A DNA stretch of 64,000 nucleotides from positions 21,824,001-21,888,000 of the forward strand of contig NC_134469.1 in assembly GCF_964194025.1 (NCBI RefSeq), written 5' to 3'. How positions within the stretch are numbered: the stretch's first letter is position 1; each line of letters opens with the position of its first letter. Positions 35,547-46,219 of this stretch are shown in pieces. The position numbers and the translations under genes were made by a program. The stretch comes from Convolutriloba macropyga (Eukaryota). The notes below the pieces were generated by a model that worked only from the letters and a program-made list of their open reading frames with translations, ran no database searches and was not told the origin of the DNA.

Positions 35547-36386
35547 TGTCACGCCCCTATTTCGTCCCTCATAGTTACGTGATGATTTTCCTTTAAATAT
35601 CTATAAATAAGTGCTATAATTTAGTTCATATTCAAATAGATCTCAAGGCCATATATAGCTAGTATTTCCATCTAGGCCTGTAACCCCTAATTTGTTTGTT
35701 TATTAAAAACCACCGCAGATTGACAGTTTACTGATAAACATATCAAGTGCCTAAAAGCCTCAATATTTACCTTTTTGAGTTCCCTTATTGGTAAATAACT
35801 TCATGAGAAACTATGTACTTGGTGAAGTAATTAATCTGATAAAGTAGGTGCTAATACGGAAATTGTATATGTACTTAACAAACATCAAGAGACGTACAAA
35901 AGCCGGAAATTGCCCAACTTGTAGATCAGTAAATATTTACAAAGGACCAATACAACTCACGGTACAGCCCTGCGGACCTACGATCACGAGAAAACCGGAG
36001 AACAACCTAGCAACCAGTCGACAATAAAAACTCAACAAAAATCTTGAAACTTCTTATCCTGTCTCTAAAAACTTCGCTATAATTTCTGAATATATAATTA
36101 AAGATTGAACTGGAAAATCTTTATAAAATTCTAAGTTAAAACAGGCTTTCTTAGAGCTTAATAACAACCAGATAAAGCACTAAAAAACAAGGCAATTAGT
36201 AGGTATATCACGCATCCGAACCGCTCAATAAAAGGCTATTAGCTAAATTTATTCAAAATATATCTACTAAAAATCGCACTGTGAAACATCTAATTAAGTC
36301 CTTGTAAAATGACAATTATTCACATTTACTGCTAATATTAACCTCAGAAACACCATGAGGAACACGCTAGAAATGAGTGCGTAACA
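35547..36386 (+). repeat. 5' LTR
   Basis: TGTCACGCCCCTA...GTAACA, a direct repeat of 39217-40064. Confidence 0.95.
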
Positions 36387-36399
36387 TGGTGACAGGAGT
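36387..36399 (+). promoter_or_regulatory. Primer-binding site, probably tRNA-Leu
   Basis: TGGTGACAGGAGT immediately follows the LTR. From memory it is one mismatch from the complement of a tRNA-Leu(CAG) 3' end (TGGTGTCAGGAGT). Confidence 0.65.
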
Positions 36400-37603
36400 T
36401 ACTAACTGATTCCCAGTTTAACGGACCGAAATTCCGATTAATTCTTTGATAAATTCGACAATTTCTTCGTTCATTTGATTCTTTTCTTTATTTCTTCCAC
36501 TTCATTACCTCAAGAATCTTCAGCTAGCATCCAGCACTCCATTTTCCGAGCAAGAGGATAATGCAGAAAGCAGTAACAAAGGAAAGAATGGGTGGAAACT
36601 GTTTGTCTTTGTGGACTAAATGCAACAAAAATTCAAAAGTGTCTGAGAGAATAACAACTGGAACAAACTCAACCACAGCCGCTACAACGGACAAAATCAT
36701 CACAGGGTATTTGCAAACGAGGATATTGTAAATGAATTTGTAAAATTACTTTCTGGTGCTTCATTTATGTCAATTTATAAAGAACATATCTTCCCTGCTA
36801 TTAACATCCATAACAAACCTCAATCAGATAGAGATCTTAACGTTGATAACATCATAACTGACTATCAAATAACATCAGAAAAAGCTAAATTACTGAAACC
36901 ATAGCCTAAACATCAAGTAAAAGAGGGCAAAACCAAAAAATTACACAGAAAAATGAAACAATTATATTTAATTCCCCATCCAGCTCCGGAGGTTAATGGA
37001 TCAAAGTGACTTCGGTCAATAGGCTGTTGCCTATCTGAGTGCAGCTTCCACAAGGCCTGTGCGGTCGTGGTCCCCACGAATTTTTCTAGACTAAATGGCA
37101 CTCTTTAATGGTGAGACTTCGGCGGCCCATACGGCTTCAACGATAACAGTCTGACGATTCGACCGGAGCTTTAGGCATAGGTTTTTAAGTAGCCCATCTT
37201 TATCATTTTCTGAGCAAATGGTTTCAGTAGTTTCTTTTTCTGATCTATTGTGCTACTCATTACACTTCTTTTTTCACTATTAACCAATTAATTGTGCTAT
37301 TTAATACTTTAGAACGAAATAAGACTGATTGAACGATAAGCGTATAATCTAAACGGGTAAAAAGCAAAATGTTGCACGCGCAAATCAACATGACACCCTT
37401 TCTGGATCAGAAACGGACAATTTTAACAGTTAATAACAGGAGCAATCGGAGTCGCAGCAATCGCAGGTGCGCAACAAGCGAATTTTCTGCAATTACACTT
37501 AAAAGGAGACGCTTTAAGATACTATCTAACCCTACCAGCGGCCACCAGACTAGTTTTTGCAGAAAGAATAACAGCTCTGAGAAATAGATTCACAAAAGAC
37601 GAC

Positions 37604-38308
37604 TTGAGAGAAATCAGAATAATAACGTTAGAGAACCAAAAGTTTAATTCGAAGACGGATATAGTGAAAAATTTCTTAGTAAAGTTAAGAACAGAAGCAA
37701 ACAAAGCATATCCACCACCTGAAATAGAAGTAGCACCAGCAGGCGGAGGTGATGCCGAAGCCCGTAGATTTGAAAGACAGCAGCAAGAGATTCTGCCCTT
37801 GAAACGTCGGAAAACGAAAAATGAACAAAATAAGCGCTTTTTTATTAAGTCTATGCCAAATTGGCTTAAGCCTAAGCTGTTAGAAAGGCCAGACACAGAT
37901 ACAATCGATCAATTATGTACCTTAGCTAGCCATCAGATTGCAATAAGAGAGATGTGTAACATAGAAGAGTACTTTGACGACGGGTTTAATGAAATAACTG
38001 AGTCCAACACTGATAAAATGTTAAAAGCAATAACTGTTATTTCATATAATCAAAAAGAACTTGAACAGAAACTTGAGCAGAGGGTAGCAGCTAAAAATGA
38101 GCCATCAGAACAAGGCCCAGTAAACATTTTCACACCACATTACCCTCAACAAACCTACAGACAAAGTTATAGTACAAATTTCCGTCCTCAAAATCAAAAT
38201 TATCAGCCAAATTACCGTCAATATCGGCCTAAATATTGTCAATTTCAGACAAACTATCGGCCTCAGCAACAGTGCGCCCCCCATTCTAATAATTACCGAG
38301 AGTTTTGA
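37604..38308 (+). pseudogene. Disrupted gag-like ORF
   Basis: 234-aa frame in the gag position: helical FLVKLRTEANKAYP...FIKSMPNWLKPKLLE, a coiled coil, then Q/N/Y/R/P-rich repeats. The 5' part is broken by stops and frameshifts. Confidence 0.7.
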
Positions 38309-39216
38309 CCACAATTTAACGCTCCTAGACAATTTCATTATAATGAACAGCCACAAACTCGGAATTATTGGACCGAACCTTCAGATAGCCCCCCATTTGT
38401 TCACCCAGCTTATGTTAATAGACCTCTGGCAAACTTCATGAAGCTAAATGGAACAAATGTACCGCTCAAATCAGTAGTTTCCGTGCCAAAACATCTTAAA
38501 GCAGTAGTGGCAAACCTCATAAAACAATTAAAGAAGCCTCCAACTGTTATCTCACCAGAAGACATGGGAACCATCAAACGACAACATCGACGAAACTCAA
38601 TGCCAGCAACATCCACAATGTCACTTAGTAAAATTGAAACCCGCGAGGAAAGTATACTTTAAGTTCTTGAAAGTCTGAAATAGTTCGAAAAGTATTATCC
38701 CATTAAGTCTCACTCTTTCCATTAAGATCTATTAAACAATGCTTTAAAATTGAAAACCAGTGCTTTCAACCATTCATTCAAACAAGTAAACCTATGCTAC
38801 ATTATTCTAGTTTAGAACCTCCATTTCATTAACATTTAACATTAACTCAGATTATCAGTGTTAATTCTATTCTTTTCTCCTCTCCTCCTTGTGTTCTAAC
38901 TCTTCTGAATCAGCCCATCTTAATCTCTTTAACGTTCTTTAACAGCCTTAATTCCAATCTTATCTTAACTTTATTCATTTTAACCTTTCTCTTAATTTGT
39001 CTTAACCTAACACTTTATTTCCTACAATTTCTTTCACTGTCTTTAACTTTAATGCTTTCGTTCAAAACACTTTTCTAAGAAAACATAAATTGGGTGGCAC
39101 CAACAAAAACATGTTTATACTCTTATATTCGTGCAGATTATATGGTTTTATAGAAAAATTGTAAAACCCAGTTCCTTCTCAAAATTTTCACGGAAAATTT
39201 TAATAAAGTCCGGTAG

Positions 39217-40064
39217 TGTCACGCCCCTACTTCGTCCCTCATAGTTACGTGATGATTTTCCTTTAAATATTCATATGAAGTGCTTTAATTTAGTTCATAT
39301 TCAAATAGATCTCAAGGCCATATATAGCCAGTATTTCCATCTAGGCCTGTAACCCATAATTTGTTTACGTTTATTTAAAACAACCGCAGATTGACAGTTT
39401 ACTGGTAAACATATCAAGTGCCTAAAAGCCTCAATATTTACCTTTTTGAGTTCCCTTATTGGTAAATAACTTCATGAGAAACTATGTACTTGGTGAAGTA
39501 ATTATTCTGATAAAGTAGGTGCTGATACGGAAATTGTATATGTACTTAACAAACATCAGGAGACGTACAAAAGCCGGAAATTGCCCAACTTGTAGATCAG
39601 TAAATATTTACGGAGGACCAATACAACTCAAGGTACAGCCCTGCGGAACTACGATCACGAGAACACCAGAGAACCAACCTATTAATCAGTCGACAATAAA
39701 AATTCAACAATAATCTTGAAACTTTTTATTCTGTCTCTAAAAACTTTGCTATAATTTCTGATTATATAATTAAAGATTGAACTGGAAAATCTTTATAAAA
39801 TTCTAAGTTAAAACAGGCTTCCTTAGAGCTTAATAACAACCAGATAAAGCACTAAAATACAAGGCAGTTAGTAGGCATATCACGCATCCGAATCGCTCAA
39901 AAAAAGGCTATTACTAGCTAAATTTATTCAGAATATATCTACTAAAAATCGCACTGGGAAACATCTTAATAAGTCCTTGTAAAATGACAATTATTCACAT
40001 TATTTAGTGCTAATATTAACCTCAGAAACATCATGAGGAACACGCTAAAAATCAGTGTGTAACA
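39217..40064 (+). repeat. 3' LTR
   Basis: TGTCACGCCCCTA...TGTAACA followed by the TSD. Confidence 0.95.
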
Positions 40065-42331
40065 ATCAAGATAATGGGACATCATTGACGGGACACTATT
40101 GCTTCTTACATGACGTACATTACGTTGTCAAGTATTGTGGAGACGAGTGACAAAAATTAAACGACGGAAAACGTGGAAATAAGTTATTTATATACTACAA
40201 AAAGGCTTACAACTTGTTCCTAACATCCAAAAACTTAACTGCCAAAAATTTAATAAAAAATAATTGAGACCAAATTATTCTTTTGAACAGTGCTATGGGT
40301 AATTGCAAAACCAAGTAGTATCGAGAGGGACATTTTTGAAATTAATCAGCAATAAGTCTTTCTTTCAATTCAATGATTAAATAATGCATCCGTAGGAAAG
40401 GATGAAGTCGAATTAAGTTACAGATACTGTGGAACTTAGAAACTCATGGTGTGGATATTAGTTAATAACTATTAATCATTACGGAATATTGTCCCAAGTT
40501 TTCACGCCTGCCCCAAAAACACATCGTGAAAAGTGAGTACACAGATATCCAATTTTGTTAATTTCAAAGTTAATTTCAACTAAATTCGTTAAGTGCAACT
40601 AGTTTCCACACACGCTTAAACTCTTAAAACCATGGTCGAGAACATAAATGACAAAGCGAGCATATTTACTATATTTTTTAATATAGGTCACGCAATGTAA
40701 TTTATCAAAGCAAGTAGAATTGATTGCAAATCAAAAACTGAACTCACAGAACTCAATAAAAGCGCTGATTCTTTTCTCGGCCCATTTAACACTTGCCCTT
40801 TACGGATTAATATCACAGTAAATCACAAGCTGTCTCGATGTAAAAAGAAATCCATTAAGAGTACAATTTTACGGATGAATCCGAGCTTCACGGTGCATTT
40901 GGACGGTGCTGAGAAAATAATTCATACCGTCCGATTAAAAGGACGTCAAATGTAAATCTTTAAGCTAGAATCACCTCATCCCATATTTATCTCCACTTAA
41001 CTGATTTTCCTAGATCAGAAAAAATAAAGCGGGTAGAAAAAAGAACAGCTCTCCTTCTGTTCACCCCGATTCGTTTATCCCCGCATATCTTAACACCATA
41101 TCATTTCATCACACTATCCTTGCACCCCAAAAATTAGTAGCAGGTATTACAAGCATGTTTTCTTATAATTAAGCGGATAATTTAATCCTACGTTGGGTTG
41201 TGAGTCTATAAAAATCGTTCCACTAGCCACTGAGGCATGACCATGCCCGCGAGACATGACCCAATGTTTATAGTACCAATGTTAATGTGCCAATAATATA
41301 AAGGATTAAAATCAGGATGAAATGATAGGAGAGTGAAAAAGTGGAACTGAACAGATAGGAGGTTCATTTTATAGCTTTTTAAAATTACTAATCTTAAAAA
41401 CTTAGCTTTAGCTCTTTCATTTCATTAATTGATGTTAGCATTTTGGTGACGCTTAAAATACATTGAGCTGAAGATCAGAAATAGTTAAGATTTTCTTTAC
41501 AACGGATTTAGCTCATACATGGAAGTCTTCATTTTTTTTAAAAAAAAAATGAAACGTAGTTTTCCATTCATTTCAAATGTTTGCATAATCGTGCCTTCAT
41601 TCCTTTTACCCCAATTTATTTATGCAATCATGCTTCTCTACCACAATTTTTCTCCGCCTCATTTAAGAACTCTTTGATTTCTCAAGCTTTCCGCGTACTT
41701 TTTGGTATTCCTTCGAAAAAGGTAAATGTACTTAACATTTGTATTAACCTAACATGTACTTAACCTAACGAAAAAGGTAAATGTACTCAATATTTCCTAT
41801 CTAGTTTCTGCAAATTAAGTTTGCTTTCAACGATTTTGGTTCAAGTTAATCAGCTTTTTTCAGGCACCTGTTTTTCAGCAATAAAGAATGTCATGTTTCC
41901 AATTCTGGGTGCTGTCAAATTTCTGTACACAAGAATCCATTTCGCATCGCTTTCTTTTAAATTTTTCGAAAAGGAATTTTCTGCATAAAGATTTTGTCGT
42001 TTTTAATTTGTGTTTCTAATAACTCCCCGTCATAATCAATTGTTCACAGTCCAGCCCATATAAGGCACTGATAAAAGAGAATTGAGAAGTCAACTATATT
42101 CATCTACCGAATACAGACAAAAAAGAACTACAAATGAAACGGATTCGCTGTTTTGGACGTCCAGTTACAAATTGTGTTATATTACAGTTTACCATGTACA
42201 AAAAGATGGGCGGTCCAAAACAGAATAGATCCAATTAATCATATCTAACATTTCTCAGCGCAACTTCATGAAACTTACAAAATATTGCACATTTTTTTGG
42301 TATTCTCTCGTACCTCAAATAGCACATCAAC

Positions 42332-44998
42332 CTACTTGGCAAATGCAGTCTGTAAAATTTCTGCTTCTTCTGTCTTGTGTCTCGTACCAATAGCCGTGGC
42401 AGGTACTGCTCTCTCCGACCTTCCAATGTAATCAAGGTTTACTCCAACTAAATTTCGAAATCGAGGTTCCACGAATGTCCAGGCACCAGAATTTCTGTGT
42501 TCTTCTTGGCACCAAACAAATTGTTCACAATTGGAATATTTGGAAATAATTGATTGCAATTCTGAGGTAGGGAATGGAACTAATTGTTCAATTCGTACAA
42601 TGGCCACGTTTTTCAATTTCTTTGTTTCTCTTTCCGCTTCCAACGAGTAAAATAACTTGCCACATACAAAAATTACCTTTGTAACGCTGGATGCCTCAAC
42701 TTTTAGATTTCCGTCGTCAAGTACTGGTTTGAAATGTGTTCCAGATGCCAGCTCACTTAAATTGGACTTAGCTTCAGGCAGTCTAATTAGCTTTTTAGGA
42801 CTAGCAACAATTAATGGTTTTCTGAAATTTCTCGCTTGCTGACGACGGAGCAAATGAAAATACTGCGCTGGAGTAGTGGGATTGACAATAAACATATTGA
42901 CTCGGTCGGAATCTATCGACGTTTCTGAACTATCTGTGAGCTGGAGAAATCTTTCCAGTCTGCAAGATGAATGCTCAGGTCCCATTCCATCAAGGCCATG
43001 AGGCAATAGCAAAACGATACCAGACTGCATACCCCATTTACTTTCCCCGGATGCTATAAAGGCGTCTATTATAATCTGCGCGCCGTTAAAAAAGTCGCCA
43101 AACTGAGCCTCCCAGACCACCAACGTTTTCGGGGAGTCAATAGATACACCGTAATCAAAGCCAAGGACTGCCTCCTCAGAAAGTATGGAGTTCGCCACAT
43201 GTAAGATCCCGCTATCGGGGGCCTCTTTTCTAATCTCGTTTAACGGTTCAATAATTTCGTTCGTTGATTGGTCCACAAGCTGGCAATGACGATGGCTAAA
43301 AGTTCCTCGTCCCACGTCTTCTCCACTGAGTCTGACGTCATGGCCTTGTATCATCAGCGATCCAAAAGCTAGCGCCTCTGCTGTAGCCCAGTCGATTCCA
43401 TCTTCTTGATTCATCATATTTATTCTTGTGCTCAAAGTTTTCACCAGCTTGGAATGCGTGTTAAAATGTTCGGGAACGGACACGGATTTAATGCCAATGT
43501 ATTTCAACGTTTGCAGCTCAAACCCAGTATCCCAAGTTGATAACTGATCCGGTGCAAAATTGCACGACTGCCACTTGTTTTGAAAAGATTCTAAAACAGG
43601 TTGGAATTTATCAACTGATTTGTATTGCTCATTCAGGTAATTTTTGAAATCTTTACATCTTTCGGTCAGCTGCATAATATATTCTGCAGGTAGTTCAGCC
43701 GAAATTTTATCAAAATATATATTTGGAGGTGATTTTTTTGAATTGATTACTTCATACATTAAGGGTTGCGTTATGGTAGCATCATCCATTTCATTGTGAC
43801 CCCATTTCCTGTAGCAGACAAGATTACAGACAATGTCTTTGCCAAAGAGTGCCCGGTACTTCAAGCACAAAATTGCCGCTTTGTAAGCTTCTTCGGGTGA
43901 GTCGCCATTAACGTGCACAATTGGACAATTAATCATTTTTGCCAAATCGCTCGCATGGCGATGGGAGAAACCTCGCTGCATTGTAAACGCCACTTGGTTG
44001 TTAGTGATCAAATGGACCGATCCTCCTACGTCGTAGCCTGGCACATAAGCCATGTTGAAGCATTCAGCAACAACCCCTTGACCAGCAAAAGCTCCATCAC
44101 CGTGAATTAGAACACTCAAAGAGCCTGGGAAATCATTTTTGTCTTTATTTTTGGAATTCACACGCATATTCTGTTTGGACCAGACCTTTCCTTGAACGAC
44201 AGGATTAACAGCTTCAAGATGCGATGGATTCGGCAATAATGTCACACTGACCCCATTTTCAAAATCTACACTTGTCCTTATATGGCTCAAAACATCATCA
44301 TCCATTACATGCATTGAGTTTTCAGGCACTCCCGATAACCCTTTCATTTTTCTGAAGAGCAGTGCGGGTGGACAGTTAAGCAGAGTCGTTAAAAGATTGT
44401 TCCTACCTCTATGGGCTATTCCAACAACTATCGCATTACTTTCGTGTTCAGATGCATTTGCGAACAAGGAATCACAGAAGGCCAACATGCTCTCTGCTCC
44501 TTCACCGCCATATCGTTTGACAGTTGGAAACTTTGCAGCCGTAAATCGGTCAAACTCTTCACCATTCATTATTACTTCAGCTATTCTTGACTTTGTTTCG
44601 CTGTTTAAGGTGGTGAGCTTTAGTTTCTCAAATTCATTAAACAACCAATTCCTTTCAAAACTATTTTCGAGGTGTCCTGCTTCTAAGGAAGAGTTTTGCG
44701 TGTATACTTCAATTACTGCAGAGGACACAGTGTCACTCGACAAAGAAGCAAATGGACTGGATACACTTTCCTCAGTTTCGTTCTCAATCACTGAAGTAGA
44801 TAACCGTAAAGGATCAAGATGAGCTTCCAGATAACCCTTATTTCGGTAAAAACGCAAAAGGTCGTCATTGGTAGTCTTTTCTTGATGCTTAGAATGCGCA
44901 TCCGTACGCTGATTACACTTTCCCGTATTGATTGAAAGGAACCTACACGATGAACTTCTGGCAGGGAGATGCCTAACAATTTTAAGTCGAACACGCAT
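42332..44998 (-). CDS. DHTKD1: 2-oxoadipate dehydrogenase E1 (mitochondrial), intronless
   Basis: Arg-rich presequence; DHTKD1-type KRYGGEGAES and EAQFGDFFNGAQ rather than OGDH-type RFGLEGCE; NPSHLEAVNP; TPP motif HGDGAFAGQG; WGHNE; PEHSSCRLERFLQ. ATG at 44998. Confidence 0.95.
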   Translation of the reverse strand: MRVRLKIVRHLPARSSSCRFLSINTGKCNQRTDAHSKHQEKTTNDDLLRFYRNKGYLEAHLDPLRLSTSVIENETEESVSSPFASLSSDTVSSAVIEVYTQNSSLEAGHLENSFERNWLFNEFEKLKLTTLNSETKSRIAEVIMNGEEFDRFTAAKFPTVKRYGGEGAESMLAFCDSLFANASEHESNAIVVGIAHRGRNNLLTTLLNCPPALLFRKMKGLSGVPENSMHVMDDDVLSHIRTSVDFENGVSVTLLPNPSHLEAVNPVVQGKVWSKQNMRVNSKNKDKNDFPGSLSVLIHGDGAFAGQGVVAECFNMAYVPGYDVGGSVHLITNNQVAFTMQRGFSHRHASDLAKMINCPIVHVNGDSPEEAYKAAILCLKYRALFGKDIVCNLVCYRKWGHNEMDDATITQPLMYEVINSKKSPPNIYFDKISAELPAEYIMQLTERCKDFKNYLNEQYKSVDKFQPVLESFQNKWQSCNFAPDQLSTWDTGFELQTLKYIGIKSVSVPEHFNTHSKLVKTLSTRINMMNQEDGIDWATAEALAFGSLMIQGHDVRLSGEDVGRGTFSHRHCQLVDQSTNEIIEPLNEIRKEAPDSGILHVANSILSEEAVLGFDYGVSIDSPKTLVVWEAQFGDFFNGAQIIIDAFIASGESKWGMQSGIVLLLPHGLDGMGPEHSSCRLERFLQLTDSSETSIDSDRVNMFIVNPTTPAQYFHLLRRQQARNFRKPLIVASPKKLIRLPEAKSNLSELASGTHFKPVLDDGNLKVEASSVTKVIFVCGKLFYSLEAERETKKLKNVAIVRIEQLVPFPTSELQSIISKYSNCEQFVWCQEEHRNSGAWTFVEPRFRNLVGVNLDYIGRSERAVPATAIGTRHKTEEAEILQTAFAK

Positions 44999-45214
44999 CA
45001 CAATACGAGGCTGCTTAATCTGCTAGCTAGATCATACTTGCTTTACACGTATAAAATGTATCCTTGTTCTTCATCTTTTCAGTTCTCAAGCATCTGAAAT
45101 TTGAAGAAACTTATGTTAATTTTGAAAAAACAACACATAACTCCAAATTGTAAAAAGTAAATGTGTACGATTTATACGATTGCACAGTCTATACGATTTC
45201 CGATCTTGAAGCGC

Positions 45215-45898
45215 AAACTGCCAACTTAGAACAACCAAAGCGTGGAAAGCCTTCTACATACTCAAACGAAATGTTTCGAGCAGAACCTCAATGGAAACGA
45301 AACTGAACGCTTACATAGGATACGTAGTGCCCGTACTCACTTACGCCTCCCAAGTCTGGTACCCTTCGAAGACTGACATGAAATCAATCGAGAAGATCCA
45401 GCAAAAGGCAACAAAGTGGATATGCGGTGGAAACGACGAATACCATCAAAGACTCGAAACGCTGAAAATACTCCCACTCTCCATGTACATGGAAATGCAC
45501 GATGTTCTCTATCTCCTCTCAATCCTAGAAGGCAATTACTACGTCCCCGAAGACAAACTGCCAAAGCGAAAAGAAAACGAAACAAGACAAAAGCAAGAAT
45601 TTGAACTCCCCAAACACCGACTACATAAATCAGACGAAAATTTTTTCTTCAGAGCCACAAAGCTATTCAACATCATCAGTAGGACAACGGAGAAGCCAAT
45701 GACGAAGAAACTTCTGACAGAGATGTACCAAAACTATTTCCACAGAAGCTACAACGAACTCGACAGCTGCACCTGGAGACTTCTATGCAACTGTGGAATC
45801 TGCAATCCAATGAAAAAACTCGTGCCAAACGAAAACTGAAGGGTTCCACACCCGAGGGCTCCGACCCTAAAGACTCTCCTACTACTACTACTACTACT
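45215..45898 (+). mobile_element. Young 5'-truncated LINE with an intact C-terminal ORF and a (CTA)n tail
   Basis: 182-aa open frame YVVPVLTYASQVW..IEKIQQKATKWI..YHQRLETLKILPL; short GC-rich 3' UTR; (CTA)6 at ~45879-45897. Confidence 0.9.
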
Positions 45899-46219
45899 TT
45901 CCCACTATAACCCACACAGCTTAGTGGTAATATAACGTATAAACACCATAATGGTTGGCTATAATTTCATGATGGCTCTATAATGGAATGCCCCTTATTT
46001 TCTATGAGAAAACATATACACATAAAAAAGGGCGTATGATCCGTCCAATGGAGAAAAGTGCGCCCCACAATTTTTACTTAAAGCAAGATCCTAGGCTCTT
46101 TAAACTACACTAATAAGGGTGTCAACCTCAGTTACTCGTATAGAACCAAGGCAGCCTCTGAGCGCTGCGCAGGAATGCGAAACTTATCTGAAGAAGACTA
46201 ATTTAGCACTGTAAACGAT

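Larger units (their letters stand above)
35547..40064 (+). mobile_element. Non-autonomous LTR retrotransposon (gag-like ORF, no pol)
   Basis: Two ~840-bp LTRs with TG...CA ends; 5-bp TSD ATCAA (35542-35546 and 40065-40069); PBS right after the 5' LTR; 2.8-kb interior. Confidence 0.95.

Noticed and set aside
41165-41240. tRNA-like GCCTCAGTGGCTAGTGG on the minus strand
   Set aside because: A-box-like only; no B-box or cloverleaf.
41714-41790. Repeat-spacer-repeat CGAAAAAGGTAAATGTACT as a CRISPR-like array
   Set aside because: Only two copies, eukaryotic context and no cas genes; a simple local duplication.
40780-42070. Small minus-strand exon candidates downstream of DHTKD1 (e.g. ~41982-41870)
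   Set aside because: Short frames with plausible AG/GT, but no recognisable product and no consistent chain could be built.
30938-44998. Bacterial origin or contamination suggested by the intronless genes
   Set aside because: UBA2 is eukaryote-specific, DHTKD1 has a mitochondrial presequence, and both sit among metazoan-type retroelements.
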